IMG/VR virus record: IMGVR_UViG_3300019458_000033
Coordinates: 1 to 64,000 of that record
Reading direction: 5' to 3' (one strand)
DNA: 64,000 nucleotides
Origin: a virus
The position numbers and the translations under genes are program-made. The stretch's first letter is position 1. Every line of letters begins with the position of its first letter. Below the pieces are notes generated by a model. That model saw only the letters and a program-made list of their open reading frames with translations. It searched no databases and was not told the DNA's origin. Positions 37,601 to 47,100 of the stretch are shown here, piece after piece.

Positions 37601-37755
37601 CGACATCGCCAGCCGGGCTGGCGATCAACGGGAATATGGTCGTGACTGTTCGCCAGTTGGCCGTCGCCAGCCCGTCAGCCGACGTAACAAGTCTAAAGAC
37701 AGCGGTGGACGCTATTCGCGCGCGGCTGATCGCACACGGGCTGATCTCTCCCTAG
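34630..37755 (+). CDS. repeat-containing tail fibre protein with signal peptide
   Basis: N-terminus MRKLLRLALVALAFANSANAQNP. Contains a 196-aa tandem duplication. Recurring module LP..G..L..DG.G.L.W followed by CSTA(S/N)(D/N)C. Confidence 0.65.
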   Translation: MRKLLRLALVALAFANSANAQNPGTDDFANSMTVWGGVRFRDIADSGESVYVRGPKGTASATYSIHWPVDPPAVGNVLAVDGTDAQQLVWSAGSFSCSTANDCVNITGTQTVTGLKTINNSLDFTNDQDLRWQDATGTPVILATLGTDNEFHIGLGFNNVATGGGTNIYAGGGSGGDVHLKLHWLGAGAGVFAPESGHVVDVGTTTVSGLGIFDHFRGHELILHDPGAGRGVITFWDDTETDFLAFGAPATMAAGDVLLVLPEDLPAVGDTMTITADYGAGQFQLNWEPSGSCSTASNCVTLDGAQTITGLKTINNVLDFTNNKALRWQDSTATPVTGVILGSNNEFHVGLGFNNVPTGGGLNLYAAGGSSSPVHLKLHWLGANAGVFAPESTETVELGTTTVSGLGIWQRLWTKDVQIRDPGTGRSVLGFWDDSNSATLTFGGPATISGGTIAMVLPDDLPAVGDTLTVITDLGARQYQLAWEPGGGVCGGNFACLDAENIFTGSPQTISTTTENARLLLETDFTGAAAVLSGFMYSGASAPTGFDMAGLSARGSKASPTAVQDQDMFFRLSGAGYDGSTHGNAVEIRGRALGTFSGSNHGGKLTFGTASQGSTTVTERMAIGVDNSWLRVGPTVTPLAPTKLLVSASGETTQATLYGDAAQAQVIRVEKGDSTAWSLYRPGSSSEFRFFHSAIGDLVAIESDGDFRLTRNNVGFWINDTGGTAIRQVWMDGSNNLNLGPSNQVVPSGGDTILWAAGTVASGQIGMSVDWTGSNNGVFHPISGDSITIGTNGVDAEQPTGVYTKNTVQINSSGGGFIAATLSIEDLSDGGAYTSIRRASGGSTHTLTLPNANAAGALTNDGAGNLSWSIGGGSFTCNTASNCFNLTDAQTAAGNKILTGTLSVRNTLSVQSSGGSNRAVLQEVSSQGRLTLVNASGISEMLFHAQSSSSSGQNILINNSSGSERFRSGVIASGGEYQIRLTGLNTVQLHTTSPAGLAINGNMVVTVRQLAVASPSADVTSLKTAVDAIRARLIAHGLISP
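34670..34684. repeat. palindrome family copy, 1 mismatch (TTGCGAATTCCGCAA)
   Basis: Reads FANSAN in the signal peptide. Confidence 0.7.
34909..36090 (+). repeat. tandem duplication, 2 x about 588 nt (196 aa), inside the fibre gene
   Basis: SFSCSTANDCVNITGTQTVTGLKTINNSLDFTN... versus SGSCSTASNCVTLDGAQTITGLKTINNVLDFTN... Both units end with ...LPAVGDT.T...G..Q.QL.WEP. Confidence 0.85.
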
Positions 37756-38044
37756 CGAGCCGTCGCAGCCATTCGTCGGCTTCGGCCTGCTGCTGCTGGA
37801 CGAGCGCTGGGTTAGGCTCGCAGAAAGCGTAGAGGTAGGTGATGGATGGATCGCCGATTTCGCCGAAAAGCGGCACGCAATCCCAGCCAACCGGCGGCGG
37901 CATGTACCCGCCTCCCAAAAACAGCCAGTTGATGGCAAAACGCATTTCGGCGTTTTCTTTCGCGCCGGGCTGATCGAAGGGCGGGTCGGGGACCTGGGCG
38001 GCAAGCGGCAAGCAGAGGCAGAGCAGAAGCAGCAGTTTTCTCAT
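37712..38044 (-). CDS. small secreted protein, antisense to the late operon
   Basis: SD AGGAGAAC. N-terminus MRKLLLLLCLCLPLAAQVPDPP. Its 3' end overlaps the fibre gene's 3' end. Confidence 0.55.
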   Translation of the reverse strand: MRKLLLLLCLCLPLAAQVPDPPFDQPGAKENAEMRFAINWLFLGGGYMPPPVGWDCVPLFGEIGDPSITYLYAFCEPNPALVQQQQAEADEWLRRLARERSARVRSAARE

Positions 38045-38114
38045 CGAAGTTCTCCTGTGTGGTTTGGGCTGGCGTCAAACCAGCCGGACTCATAATAGTC
38101 CAGAAGGGGGCTAT

Positions 38115-38129
38115 TTGCAAATTCCGCAA
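38115..38129. repeat. palindrome family copy, 2 mismatches (TTGCAAATTCCGCAA)
   Basis: Intergenic, 27 nt before the ATG at 38157. Confidence 0.55.
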
Positions 38130-38156
38130 ATTCGTCTGCAATTAGGGAGGATCAAA

Positions 38157-38513
38157 ATGCCTGTGGAAGTCTTCAAAGGCACCGGCGGCGGCCTGGGCGG
38201 AACGGTGGGGGCGCTAGCCGGAAGCGGCTTGGTCGGCATGACCGACGTGCCGCATCACGTCAAAACGATCGTCGAATACGCCGTCTATGTGCGGCATTCC
38301 GACCTGCCGCCCGAGGTGCTCATGGCCCTCCAGGGGTTGGCGGTGTTTTTTGCAAACGCGGTCACGTTCCTGGTTGGGGTGGCGATGTCGGCGGGGCTGG
38401 CCTGGATCGGCGCGCACTTCGGCCAGGCCACGCAGAATGGCGGCCAGGGGCCTGGCGGGTTGGCCGAGGAAGTGGTAGGGCCTAATGGCGATAAGGCAAA
38501 GGTTCTGGAGTAA
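38157..38513 (+). CDS. membrane protein (holin-like by topology only)
   Basis: GGGAGG SD. Gly-rich and hydrophobic segments GGGLGGTVGALAGSGLVGM and LAVFFANAVTFLVGVAMSAGLAWIGA. Confidence 0.5.
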   Translation: MPVEVFKGTGGGLGGTVGALAGSGLVGMTDVPHHVKTIVEYAVYVRHSDLPPEVLMALQGLAVFFANAVTFLVGVAMSAGLAWIGAHFGQATQNGGQGPGGLAEEVVGPNGDKAKVLE

Positions 38514-38916
38514 GGTTGCTGTCGGCGAGCCTTCGGAATGCTGGCCGTGGACAGGGTTTGTAAACCCTGGAGGATATGGAATGTTCAGGTGTGGCGGGGT
38601 CCCATCCAGTGCCCATCGCGCTGCATGGGTACTGGAGCACGGGGAAATTTCTCCGGGGTTTCATGTCTGCCATCATTGTGACAATAAAAAATGTTGCAAC
38701 CCAATGCATTTATTCGTCGGCACGCGGTCCGACAATATGCAGGACGCCATCAGAAAGGGCCTGAAGCCGCGTAGGTTCACACCGGACCAGGTGCGGGAGA
38801 TCCGAGCAGCCATCGATAGAGGGGTTAGGGTGGCCACGTTGGCGGCAGTGCATGGTGTAAGTTGGCAGCCGATTTGGATGATTGGCAAGCGCCGTTCCTA
38901 TGGCGATGTCCGATAA
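38485..38916 (+). CDS. free-standing HNH homing endonuclease
   Basis: ECWPWTG...GGYGMF...AHRAAW...HVCHHCDNKKCCNPMHLFVGTRSDNMQD is the classic phage HNH_3 pattern. Lower GC. It overlaps the upstream gene by 29 nt. Confidence 0.8.
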   Translation: MAIRQRFWSKVAVGEPSECWPWTGFVNPGGYGMFRCGGVPSSAHRAAWVLEHGEISPGFHVCHHCDNKKCCNPMHLFVGTRSDNMQDAIRKGLKPRRFTPDQVREIRAAIDRGVRVATLAAVHGVSWQPIWMIGKRRSYGDVR

Positions 38917-38935
38917 ACGGTGATATAGTGGGCCT

Positions 38936-39307
38936 ATGGGCAAACTGATCGCAGTGCTCTTGCTGGGGGCTGGTCTCGCTATGGCCGCCGATCCCGGACC
39001 GGTCGCTCCCGCCGACCTTGTCGAATGGCTGCAATTGCGCAGCGAGGCCGCCGAGGTTGAGCGCGATTTCGCGCAAAATGAAGCCGAGATCAACAAGTAC
39101 CTGCAGGCGATGCGGCGCAGGCATCCGCTCGACTCAAAGCAGGACGCGCTGCTCAAGCAATTCGAGGGGCTGCAAAACCAGTTGAACTTGCTGCGCGACA
39201 AACTGACCGAGAAGTATCAGGCCAAAGGCTACACGATGAAACCCGATGGCACCTGGGAGAAGGTCGTCGCGCAAGCGCCAGCCGTCGAGTCTCCCGCTAA
39301 AGAGTGA
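38936..39307 (+). CDS. secreted coiled-coil protein
   Basis: N-terminus MGKLIAVLLLGAGLAMAADP, then a heptad-like charged helix. Confidence 0.55.
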   Translation: MGKLIAVLLLGAGLAMAADPGPVAPADLVEWLQLRSEAAEVERDFAQNEAEINKYLQAMRRRHPLDSKQDALLKQFEGLQNQLNLLRDKLTEKYQAKGYTMKPDGTWEKVVAQAPAVESPAKE

Positions 39308-39311
39308 GCCG

Positions 39312-39998
39312 ATGCCGTTTCCGCTTTTGATTCCGATCATTGCCTCGCTTGCCGGAAGCGTTGGTGGTTCGCTTGCCAACAAAGCTCTGAGCGGTGGTGG
39401 CAAAAAGGGATCCTCGCCTTCCTACAACGACACAGAACGCAGCTTCCTCGATACGACTCGCGGCATTGCCGAGACGGCGATGCCATTCTCGAAAGACTTC
39501 CTTGGAAAGGCCGGCGAAAGCCTTGGCCTCTCCCAAGACTTCTGGAAGTCGCTGATGCAGATGGACCCGGCCACGCTTGCGCAGGTATTCAGCCCGGAAA
39601 TCTCTAGGATTCAAAAGAACAAGCAACAGAAGATCGACACCGTGAGCCGGTTTGCGCCACGCGGCGGCGAACGCGACCGCGCGCTGACCGAGAGCCGCAC
39701 CGATGCACTGTCGCAAATCTCGCGGCTGTTTTCGTCGGCGCGGCCGATGGCAGCGGAAGGGCTGAGCACGGTTGGCGGCCAGTTCGGCTCGTTGGGTTTG
39801 GGCGCTGGGAGCCTTGCGCTGGGCGGCGCATCGAGCGGCCTTGATTTTCTTTCGGCGCGGCGCAATCAGAACCTCCAGAAAGGATCGGCGATCGGCGAGG
39901 GCTTGGGCGGGCTGATCGGGCAGTTGCTGCCGATGCTGCTGGGCAGGGGCGGGTCGAGCGGCGGCGGCTATTCTGATCCGAGAATTACCGGCGGATAA
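39312..39998 (+). CDS. internal virion protein-like, Gly/Ser-rich
   Basis: MPFPLLIPIIASLAGSVGGSLA hydrophobic start, low-complexity Gly-rich ends, and a position before the giant protein. Confidence 0.5.
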   Translation: MPFPLLIPIIASLAGSVGGSLANKALSGGGKKGSSPSYNDTERSFLDTTRGIAETAMPFSKDFLGKAGESLGLSQDFWKSLMQMDPATLAQVFSPEISRIQKNKQQKIDTVSRFAPRGGERDRALTESRTDALSQISRLFSSARPMAAEGLSTVGGQFGSLGLGAGSLALGGASSGLDFLSARRNQNLQKGSAIGEGLGGLIGQLLPMLLGRGGSSGGGYSDPRITGG

Positions 39999-40003
39999 AA
40001 TCC

Positions 40004-41110
40004 ATGGGAACTTGGGGTGGTTTGGCTGGCGGGCTGCTGCGCGGTTTCTCAAACGAGACGGCGCGGCAGGAGGCTATTCGACGCGACGAGGACTCGCGCC
40101 AGCAAGGCGTTGCGATCGACTTCTGGTCGAACATCCTCTCCCGCGGCGACCTCACCCCCGAAGGCCGCCAGTTCGTGCTTCAGAATATCGGCCAGACGAT
40201 GGGCCAGAAACCATCGCGCGGGTTTGGCGGCGTGCGCCGCGGCGGCAAAGGTAAAGGCCAGTTCGACATTACAAACCTTATCAGCCAAGCAATGGATTTC
40301 GAGGCGCAAGGACCCTCGCAAGGCCAGATGCCGTTCGGCGAGTCCGGCGGCACGATGATGGAGGTTCCCGGCGTCAAGCGGGGCATGTTCTCCGACCCCG
40401 AGCAGATGCTGCGCAGCGAGTTGAACATCCGCAATGAGGCCGGCATTGCTGGCGCGCGCGGCGAGGCGGAGGCTAAGCTCACGATCGAGCGTGGCGAGGT
40501 CGAGCGGCGCGGCAAGATGATCGAACAATGGCAGAAGGAAGGCAAGATCGACGCCGCAACCGCTCAACAGATGGCCGCGCTGAATCTGTTCGGCCATACC
40601 CTGCCGTCTCAGCCGCGGCAGGCAGCCGGTAAAAAGGTTGGGGTCTATAACGATAAGTTCTCCTACTACAACGAGATCCTCGGGCTGCCGCCCGACGAGG
40701 CTCATGGCCGTGCCCTTGGCGATATCGAGAAAGAGGACAAGGCCACTGCCGACCAAGCGGCGCTCGACCTCAAGCTCAAGCAGGCTCTACTCGCCAATCG
40801 CATCGACACGGGCGATGACGATTTGTCGCCGGCGGCCAAGATGTCGAATATGCGCATCCTTCGCCAGCAGGCGATGGCGCAGGCGCTGACCGCTGAGCAG
40901 AACGCCATGTTCGACCCACGCTATCGGGCACTCGATCCTGACGCGCAGCGCCGCTATCTGCAGCAGGTACGCGATGAGACCTACCGGCGAGCCATCGCCC
41001 CGCTGACGCCCGAAGAAATCGACGCGGCCATGCTGAATCTTCGCGATACCGGCAATACCGATGCCTTGCGCGAGCGCGGCCCTGGAGACTTTGCCGACGA
41101 CATGCAGTAA
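40004..41110 (+). CDS. internal virion protein-like
   Basis: ORF in track; charged helical sequence. Confidence 0.55.
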   Translation: MGTWGGLAGGLLRGFSNETARQEAIRRDEDSRQQGVAIDFWSNILSRGDLTPEGRQFVLQNIGQTMGQKPSRGFGGVRRGGKGKGQFDITNLISQAMDFEAQGPSQGQMPFGESGGTMMEVPGVKRGMFSDPEQMLRSELNIRNEAGIAGARGEAEAKLTIERGEVERRGKMIEQWQKEGKIDAATAQQMAALNLFGHTLPSQPRQAAGKKVGVYNDKFSYYNEILGLPPDEAHGRALGDIEKEDKATADQAALDLKLKQALLANRIDTGDDDLSPAAKMSNMRILRQQAMAQALTAEQNAMFDPRYRALDPDAQRRYLQQVRDETYRRAIAPLTPEEIDAAMLNLRDTGNTDALRERGPGDFADDMQ

Positions 41111-41120
41111 ATGACCCACG

Positions 41121-44100
41121 ATGCCCACTGGTGCCGAGCGCGAATTCTACGAATCCCTGAAAAAGACGCGGCTTCTACCATCTGAAGCTCGCGAGATTTG
41201 GGACGCCCGCTCGGATCAGTCCAAACTCCAGCAGGCTCTCACCCGCTACCGGAACTACATCCCCGACGCCCTCCGCGGCGAGATCAACGAGCGCGCCCGC
41301 AACACAGCACTTGAGATTACGGGCTCCTCGCCCGCTGGCCGCGCCGCGCGGCTGATGTCCACCTTCGGTATCGAGGCAAAGCCCGAGCCCGTTCAGCCCG
41401 CCCCCGGCGCGCCGATGACATTCGGCGAGATCGGCCGCTCGGTCGCCGAGGGCCTGCCGATCAAACCCACTATCACCGGCAAGACGCCCGGCGGTGCGCT
41501 GGGCCAGTTCGCCCTGGGGACCGAAGAGCGCCCGACACTACTGGGTGGGGCGCTGCGCTCCAGCCGCGCGATCGAGCCACTGAGCGAAGTTCCCGGCATG
41601 CTGCTTGAGCCGGCGGTCGATGTTACTGCCCTGACGCCAGAGCGGGGCGCGGCGCGCGGAGTTGCGGAATTCGCAACCGGGATGGCATCGCCTGCTGGCC
41701 TTGCGCTTGGCGCTCTGGGCCTGCCAGCCATTGGCGCAACCGCCGGCTCACGGCTGCTGTCGCAGATGGCGGCGCGGCTGGGCTTGGGCGCATCGCTGGC
41801 CTACGAGGCTGGCAAGCGCGTTCCTGGGTTCTTCGAGCGACTCAATGAGATCGTCAAGCCTGGCAGCGATCCTGAACTCGTCAAGATCCAGCAGGAAGAA
41901 ATGACGCAGGCGTTGCTGGAGAGCGCGACAGGCCTCGGCCTGATCCGCTCGGGTCTTGGGCCGCTGCGAAGCGTCGCGCGCGCCGGGGCTGCTCCTAAAG
42001 CCGCCGCTGGCGTAGCTGGCGCGCGCGCAGGGCTGCCGCCTCCACGCCCGCCGGGCATTGAGGCTCCCAGACCCCTAATCGAGCCTCCTGGGCCACGCAC
42101 GGCGACCGGACGCAGGCCGCCTGCCGGTGCGCCGCGCGCCATGCCTGGCCAGCGCCCACCGGCCGCGCCACGCTTCCGGCCCGACCAGCCGGTGTTGCGC
42201 CGCGATCTGCCGCCCATGCCCGGCAAGAGTCCATTCCCGCCGCTGCCCACGGGTGCGCCAGGGATGCCGCCGATGCGCCAGCGGCCCAAGGGCTTCCTGC
42301 CCCGTGGCGCGTTTCAGATGGGGCCCGCAGCGGGCGTGCCGCAGGACCTCGAAGCGACTGGCGGGGCGCCGCCGCGCGCGCTCGACTTCACGCCTTCGGA
42401 CATGGCAAAGCCGGGCGGCTCGCAGCCGCTGTCGCGCGGCCGGCCGGTTTGGATGAAGGCGGGCGAGTCGTCGGTAATGGGTGAGTGGGCTGTCGTGCGC
42501 AACCGGGACCTGGTGACGTCGAACTCGTCGGCGCTGGTGGAGAACCCCGACTATCCGCAGTTTCTCCAGAACCGCGATCGTTCGTCGCGGGCTTCAGAGG
42601 CCTCGATCCGCCAGATTCAGTCGCGGCTCGACCCGGAGCAGTTGGGCGAAAGCTATCTGGCGTCGGATGGCGCGCCTGTTATTGGCGGCGACATGGTGGT
42701 CGAGGCGGGCAACGGCCGCACAATCGCCCTGCGGCGCGAGTACGACTCCGAGACGCCGCGCGCGGCGCGCTACAGGGACTGGCTGCTGAAAAACGCCGAG
42801 CGCTTCGGCGTCGACCCCAAGGCCATCGAGAGCGTCCCCGATCCTCAGCTTGTGCGAATCCGCTCGGATGCGAACCCGATCGACCGGATGGAGTTTGCCA
42901 GGTTGGCGAACGTGTCGCAGGTCGCCCAACTCTCCCCCGCCGAGCTTGCCTCGCAGGACGCCGCACGGATGCCGCCGCGGCTGCTTGAGTTGTTCGACAC
43001 CGAATCCGAGGCCGGGCTGCTGGCCGAATCAAACCGTGACTTTGTGCGCGGCTTCGCCGAGACGCTGGTCGAGCCGTCCGAGCAGCCTGGGTTCATGGCC
43101 GCTGGCGGGGAGCTATCCTCGCAAGGGCTGACGCGCGTGCGCAACGCGATCATCGCCAAAGCCTACGGCGACCCGCAGATTCTGGCGCGAGTTGCGGAAT
43201 CCGCAAACGACGAGCAGAAAAACATCCTGGGCGCGCTGGTTGGCGCGGCCCCGAGAATGGTCTATTCCCAGAAGGGCATCGCCGACGGCGTGTTTCATGA
43301 CCTGCCGATTCACCAGGACGCGGCGCGCGCGGCAAACCTGATGACGGAGCTTGCCGGCCGCGGCTTCACGGTCGAGGATTTCGTCCGCCAGCAATCGCTA
43401 TTTGCGACAGGCCGCGAGTTGACGGCCGAGCAGGAAGCCATCGCGCGCTACTTCGAGGCAAATGCCCGTTCGCCGCGCAAGCTGCAGGCCTATCTCGACA
43501 ACTACAACGAGGCGCTGGTGGCGGCCGGCAACCCGCGGCAGAGCGCCATCTTTGGCGGTCGGCCGCCATCCAGGGTTGACCTGCTCGAAGCCGCGCGGCA
43601 GGTGACGGAGGCCGAGTATGCAGAAAAAGCCAGACAACGCAAAGGGCTCAGGGAAGCCGAAGCCAAACCCGGTCGTCGTGCGCAGGTTGGTCAGAAGGAT
43701 GCAGGCCTTAAAGCGCGCCTCGGCGACCGCCAACTCCAGCCGTTCCAAGGCTCATTCAAAAACCCCGTAGACCTGATGCAGGGCGCGGACATGGTGTACC
43801 GCAAGCCGCGCAAGAATCGGCCGGGCATGTTGTTCGTCAATGAAGGCGGCTCAGCGCTTGTCGAAATCATGTCAGGCCACATGGGCTCGGGCCAGTTGCT
43901 CGGAGCGCAGATTCCTGAGAAAGCCTCCCGCTCGATGCTCAAGAGGATGGACGAGGTTATCGGCAGGGAAACGACACAGCTATTGCCCTGGGTGCGTGAT
44001 AAATTGCAACTGATGCGTCTTGAGATGCAGCGCGCGCTGGACGATAACGGACAGATTCTCGTGGCACGTGCCGATCGCCCGATGGGCGAAGTTAAAGAGA

Positions 44101-47100
44101 CCATCAGGCACGAGCGCGCCCACTACTTCATGGAAGCGCTAGGCCTGAAGGTAGATCCCGTCGCGCTCCTGTCCGACCCACTGTTCTACGATTACGGGCA
44201 CGAGTTAACCAAACTCGGCTACGGCAATGCCAACGCCCGCCAGATTGTCGAAGAAATTGCCAACTATGCGATGGCTGGCCGTGGGAACTGGAAGCAGATC
44301 GGTATGCCGCGCGTCGACGCGCGGCAAGTCGTCGCCTCATGGATCATGCACCTGGCCGAGCGAAACGGCTCCGCTGCTTTTGCCGTCTCAGAAATGGCGA
44401 GCCCCGAACTGTTTGAGACGGTTCGCATAGTCCGCGAACAGGCTTCTGAAGCCTTTGGGATTGATTATGACCCTGCCACCGTTGCCCAACAAATCGAAGC
44501 TCTTGTCGGTGGAGGACGCCCAGCGGGCGGCCTTGAACATGCAGCGCCTGCTGAAGGCGGCGCAGGCGGGGGGCCGCCAGGCGGTACTGGAGGAATTCGA
44601 CCGCCTGTTCCCGGAGACACCGGAGGACCGGGCGGACCCAACTTCGCCCTCCGCCGCCCCCGGCTCGACCCCAAAATCGAGCAACAGCTTGCCGCAACTG
44701 CCAAAAAAGCCAATGCCCTGACGCGCGCTAAAGACTTCCTGGGCGAGCGCTTCATTCACGAGTGGAAGGTCCGCCACCTGCCGGAATTCTCGAACCGCCT
44801 CCGGCTGTTCCGCGGCGCTGGCATCGATTCTGCCCGGCGCGCGGTCACCCAACTGGAAACGGTGCTCGAAGGCTTGCGGCGCGACGAGTATAAGCAGTTC
44901 TTCTCGCCGCTGGCAATCCTTTACGACTTCCGCGCCACGGCACAGCGCGGGCTGGGATTGCCGAACGACATTGACCCGGTGGCGGTCGATCAGGCTATTG
45001 CGGCGCTCGAAAAGGCTGCGCCGAAGCCTGTCTTTGCGGCGCTGGCCCGCCACATGGATCTGGTGCAGCGCGAGGTGGGTGCCGACCTGGTGGCCCGCGG
45101 CAAGATCACGCCCGGGGCGGCCGCCTCGCCTTACTTCCCGCACATGGTGATGGACTATTCGGAGCGGCTGGGCGAGATGGCCTGGATGCCGTCGCGGCTG
45201 CGCACGCCGGGCCGGCGCTACGCCCGCAAGCGTTCCGGCTCGAAGCGGCTCATCAACCCCGACTACATCGATGTCATGTACAAGCACCTGATGCGGGTGC
45301 ACCTCGACAACGCCGTCGATGACTTCATCCAGGGCGTGGCGAACGACTACGACCAGTTGGGCTCGCTCACGCCGCAGGAGCGGCTGAACCTGTTCGGCAA
45401 GACGCGGCAACCGCGACCTGATGAACTCGTTGAGATCCAGAGGCTTGTCACGCGCACCGTTGCCGGCCCGCGTGGGCCTGTCGTGCAGCGATCTCTTGAG
45501 ACGGTGACACTCGTTGGCTGGTCGCCCAACCCCGGCAACCGCTTCGAGAACGTCAACACGATCACCGACGCGCGGCTCGACAAGGCGAAGGCCCAGCAGA
45601 TGACCGCCGACCAGATGGAGCAGGCCGGCATGTTCGGCGAGCGGCTGGCGATGGCGGGACCAACCAAGACCTACCTGCTTGAGCCTGCGATCGCCGAGCG
45701 GCTCAACAAGTTCCGCGAGCCCAAGCAGAACTCGATCCTGATGGACTTGCCCTACGGCACGCCTGAGTGGAAGCGCTGGACGCTCGCTTGGGCAGGGTTG
45801 CCGTTCCAGGTGCACAATTTTGTCGGTGACGCCGCGGCGGCCTATCTGTTCATGCCGAGTTACGTGGGCCTCGTTGTCGGCAATGCCGCCGGCACGGTGA
45901 TCGGTGGCCTGCTCGGTGGACCTGCGGGTGCGATCATTGGCGGATACGGCGGCTCGATCCTCGGCGGTGCGATGGGCATCGAGTTCTTCGAGGCAATCCA
46001 GGTGCTATCGGCCAACCCCCCGCCGCATCTGGCCGGCATCAAGGACATGATGTACGCGCAGCGCGTCGTCGAGACGTCGACGCTGCAGGGCGGCGAAGTC
46101 CTTGGGCAGGTTCCCCGACCGGAGTTGTCGCGCAAGATCGGGCCACTGGTGCCTTTTGAAAACCCCTACATCGAAAAGGTGTTCGGCGGCTGGAAAGGCG
46201 CATGGGCGAAGTGGAATCCGCTGCACCTGTACGAGACGGCCGGCACCTACAGGGAGAGCTTGCTGCGCACGGCAATCTTTCTTCGTGGCATGAAGAAAAT
46301 CCAGGCTGGCCAGTACGCTCAACTCGAAAGGCGCATGGCGAAGATGTTCAAGGTCAGCGGCCTGAAGCCTATCGACGTAGTCGGCAAGGCCAGCCGGCGG
46401 CTGCTGGTCGATTACGGGGAATCAGCCCCAGTCTACGAGCGTGAGGTGCGCGGGCTGGTGCTACCGTTTGTTCATTGGGCAGCGTCGATGACCTACAATG
46501 TCGGCCGCTACGCCTGGAATTTTCCGTTTGAATTGGCGGCAAAGATCGGTATCCCGCTGACGCTGCTCTACCTGTGGAATACGATGGGCGACCGCGCCGA
46601 AAGCGAAGCCAACGCTCCAGACTATCTGCGGTCGATGACGCACTTCAACACCGGCTGGCGCGACGACGAAGGCAAAGAGATCTGGATCGCCTTCGAGAAT
46701 CCCTGGGACATGTTCGCGCGGGTGTTTGGGTTCGACAAGGCGCGGGACTATTTCGAGCAAGTCGAGCGTGGGGAGATTACGCCTCTCGATGCCGGGGCAA
46801 AGTTCGCACGCGACGTGATGATTGGCAAAGCTGGGCCGTTGGCTGTAGCCCACGACATGCTGCACCCGGTTGCGAAAATCTTAGAAGGCTGGGCGTCGGG
46901 AAAGGACCAGTTTTCCGGCCGGCCCATCTGCCCGCCGTCGATCGAGGGCACCGGCGAATGCGCAATGATAAAAGGCATGTGGGGTGTCGGGCAGCTGTTC
47001 TCACCAGTGGGAGCGTTTCTGAGGGCTGAGAACGTTGTCGGAGAAGGTGGCCCGCTGAGGCGCACGCTGCAGCGACCGATCGACTGGCAGCGCGCGCTGG

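Noticed and set aside
22126-37755. A diversity-generating retroelement acting on the fibre, LamG or lectin-like genes.
   Set aside because: No reverse transcriptase ORF is present. I could find no template/variable repeat pair with adenine-specific differences. The only large repeat (34909-36090) is an in-frame tandem duplication.
41662-41676. EcoRI sites (GAATTC) created in the variant palindrome copies at 2508, 34670 and 41662, read as a sign of restriction-related selection.
   Set aside because: They arise from single substitutions next to the centre of the palindrome. Three cases are too few to infer anything.
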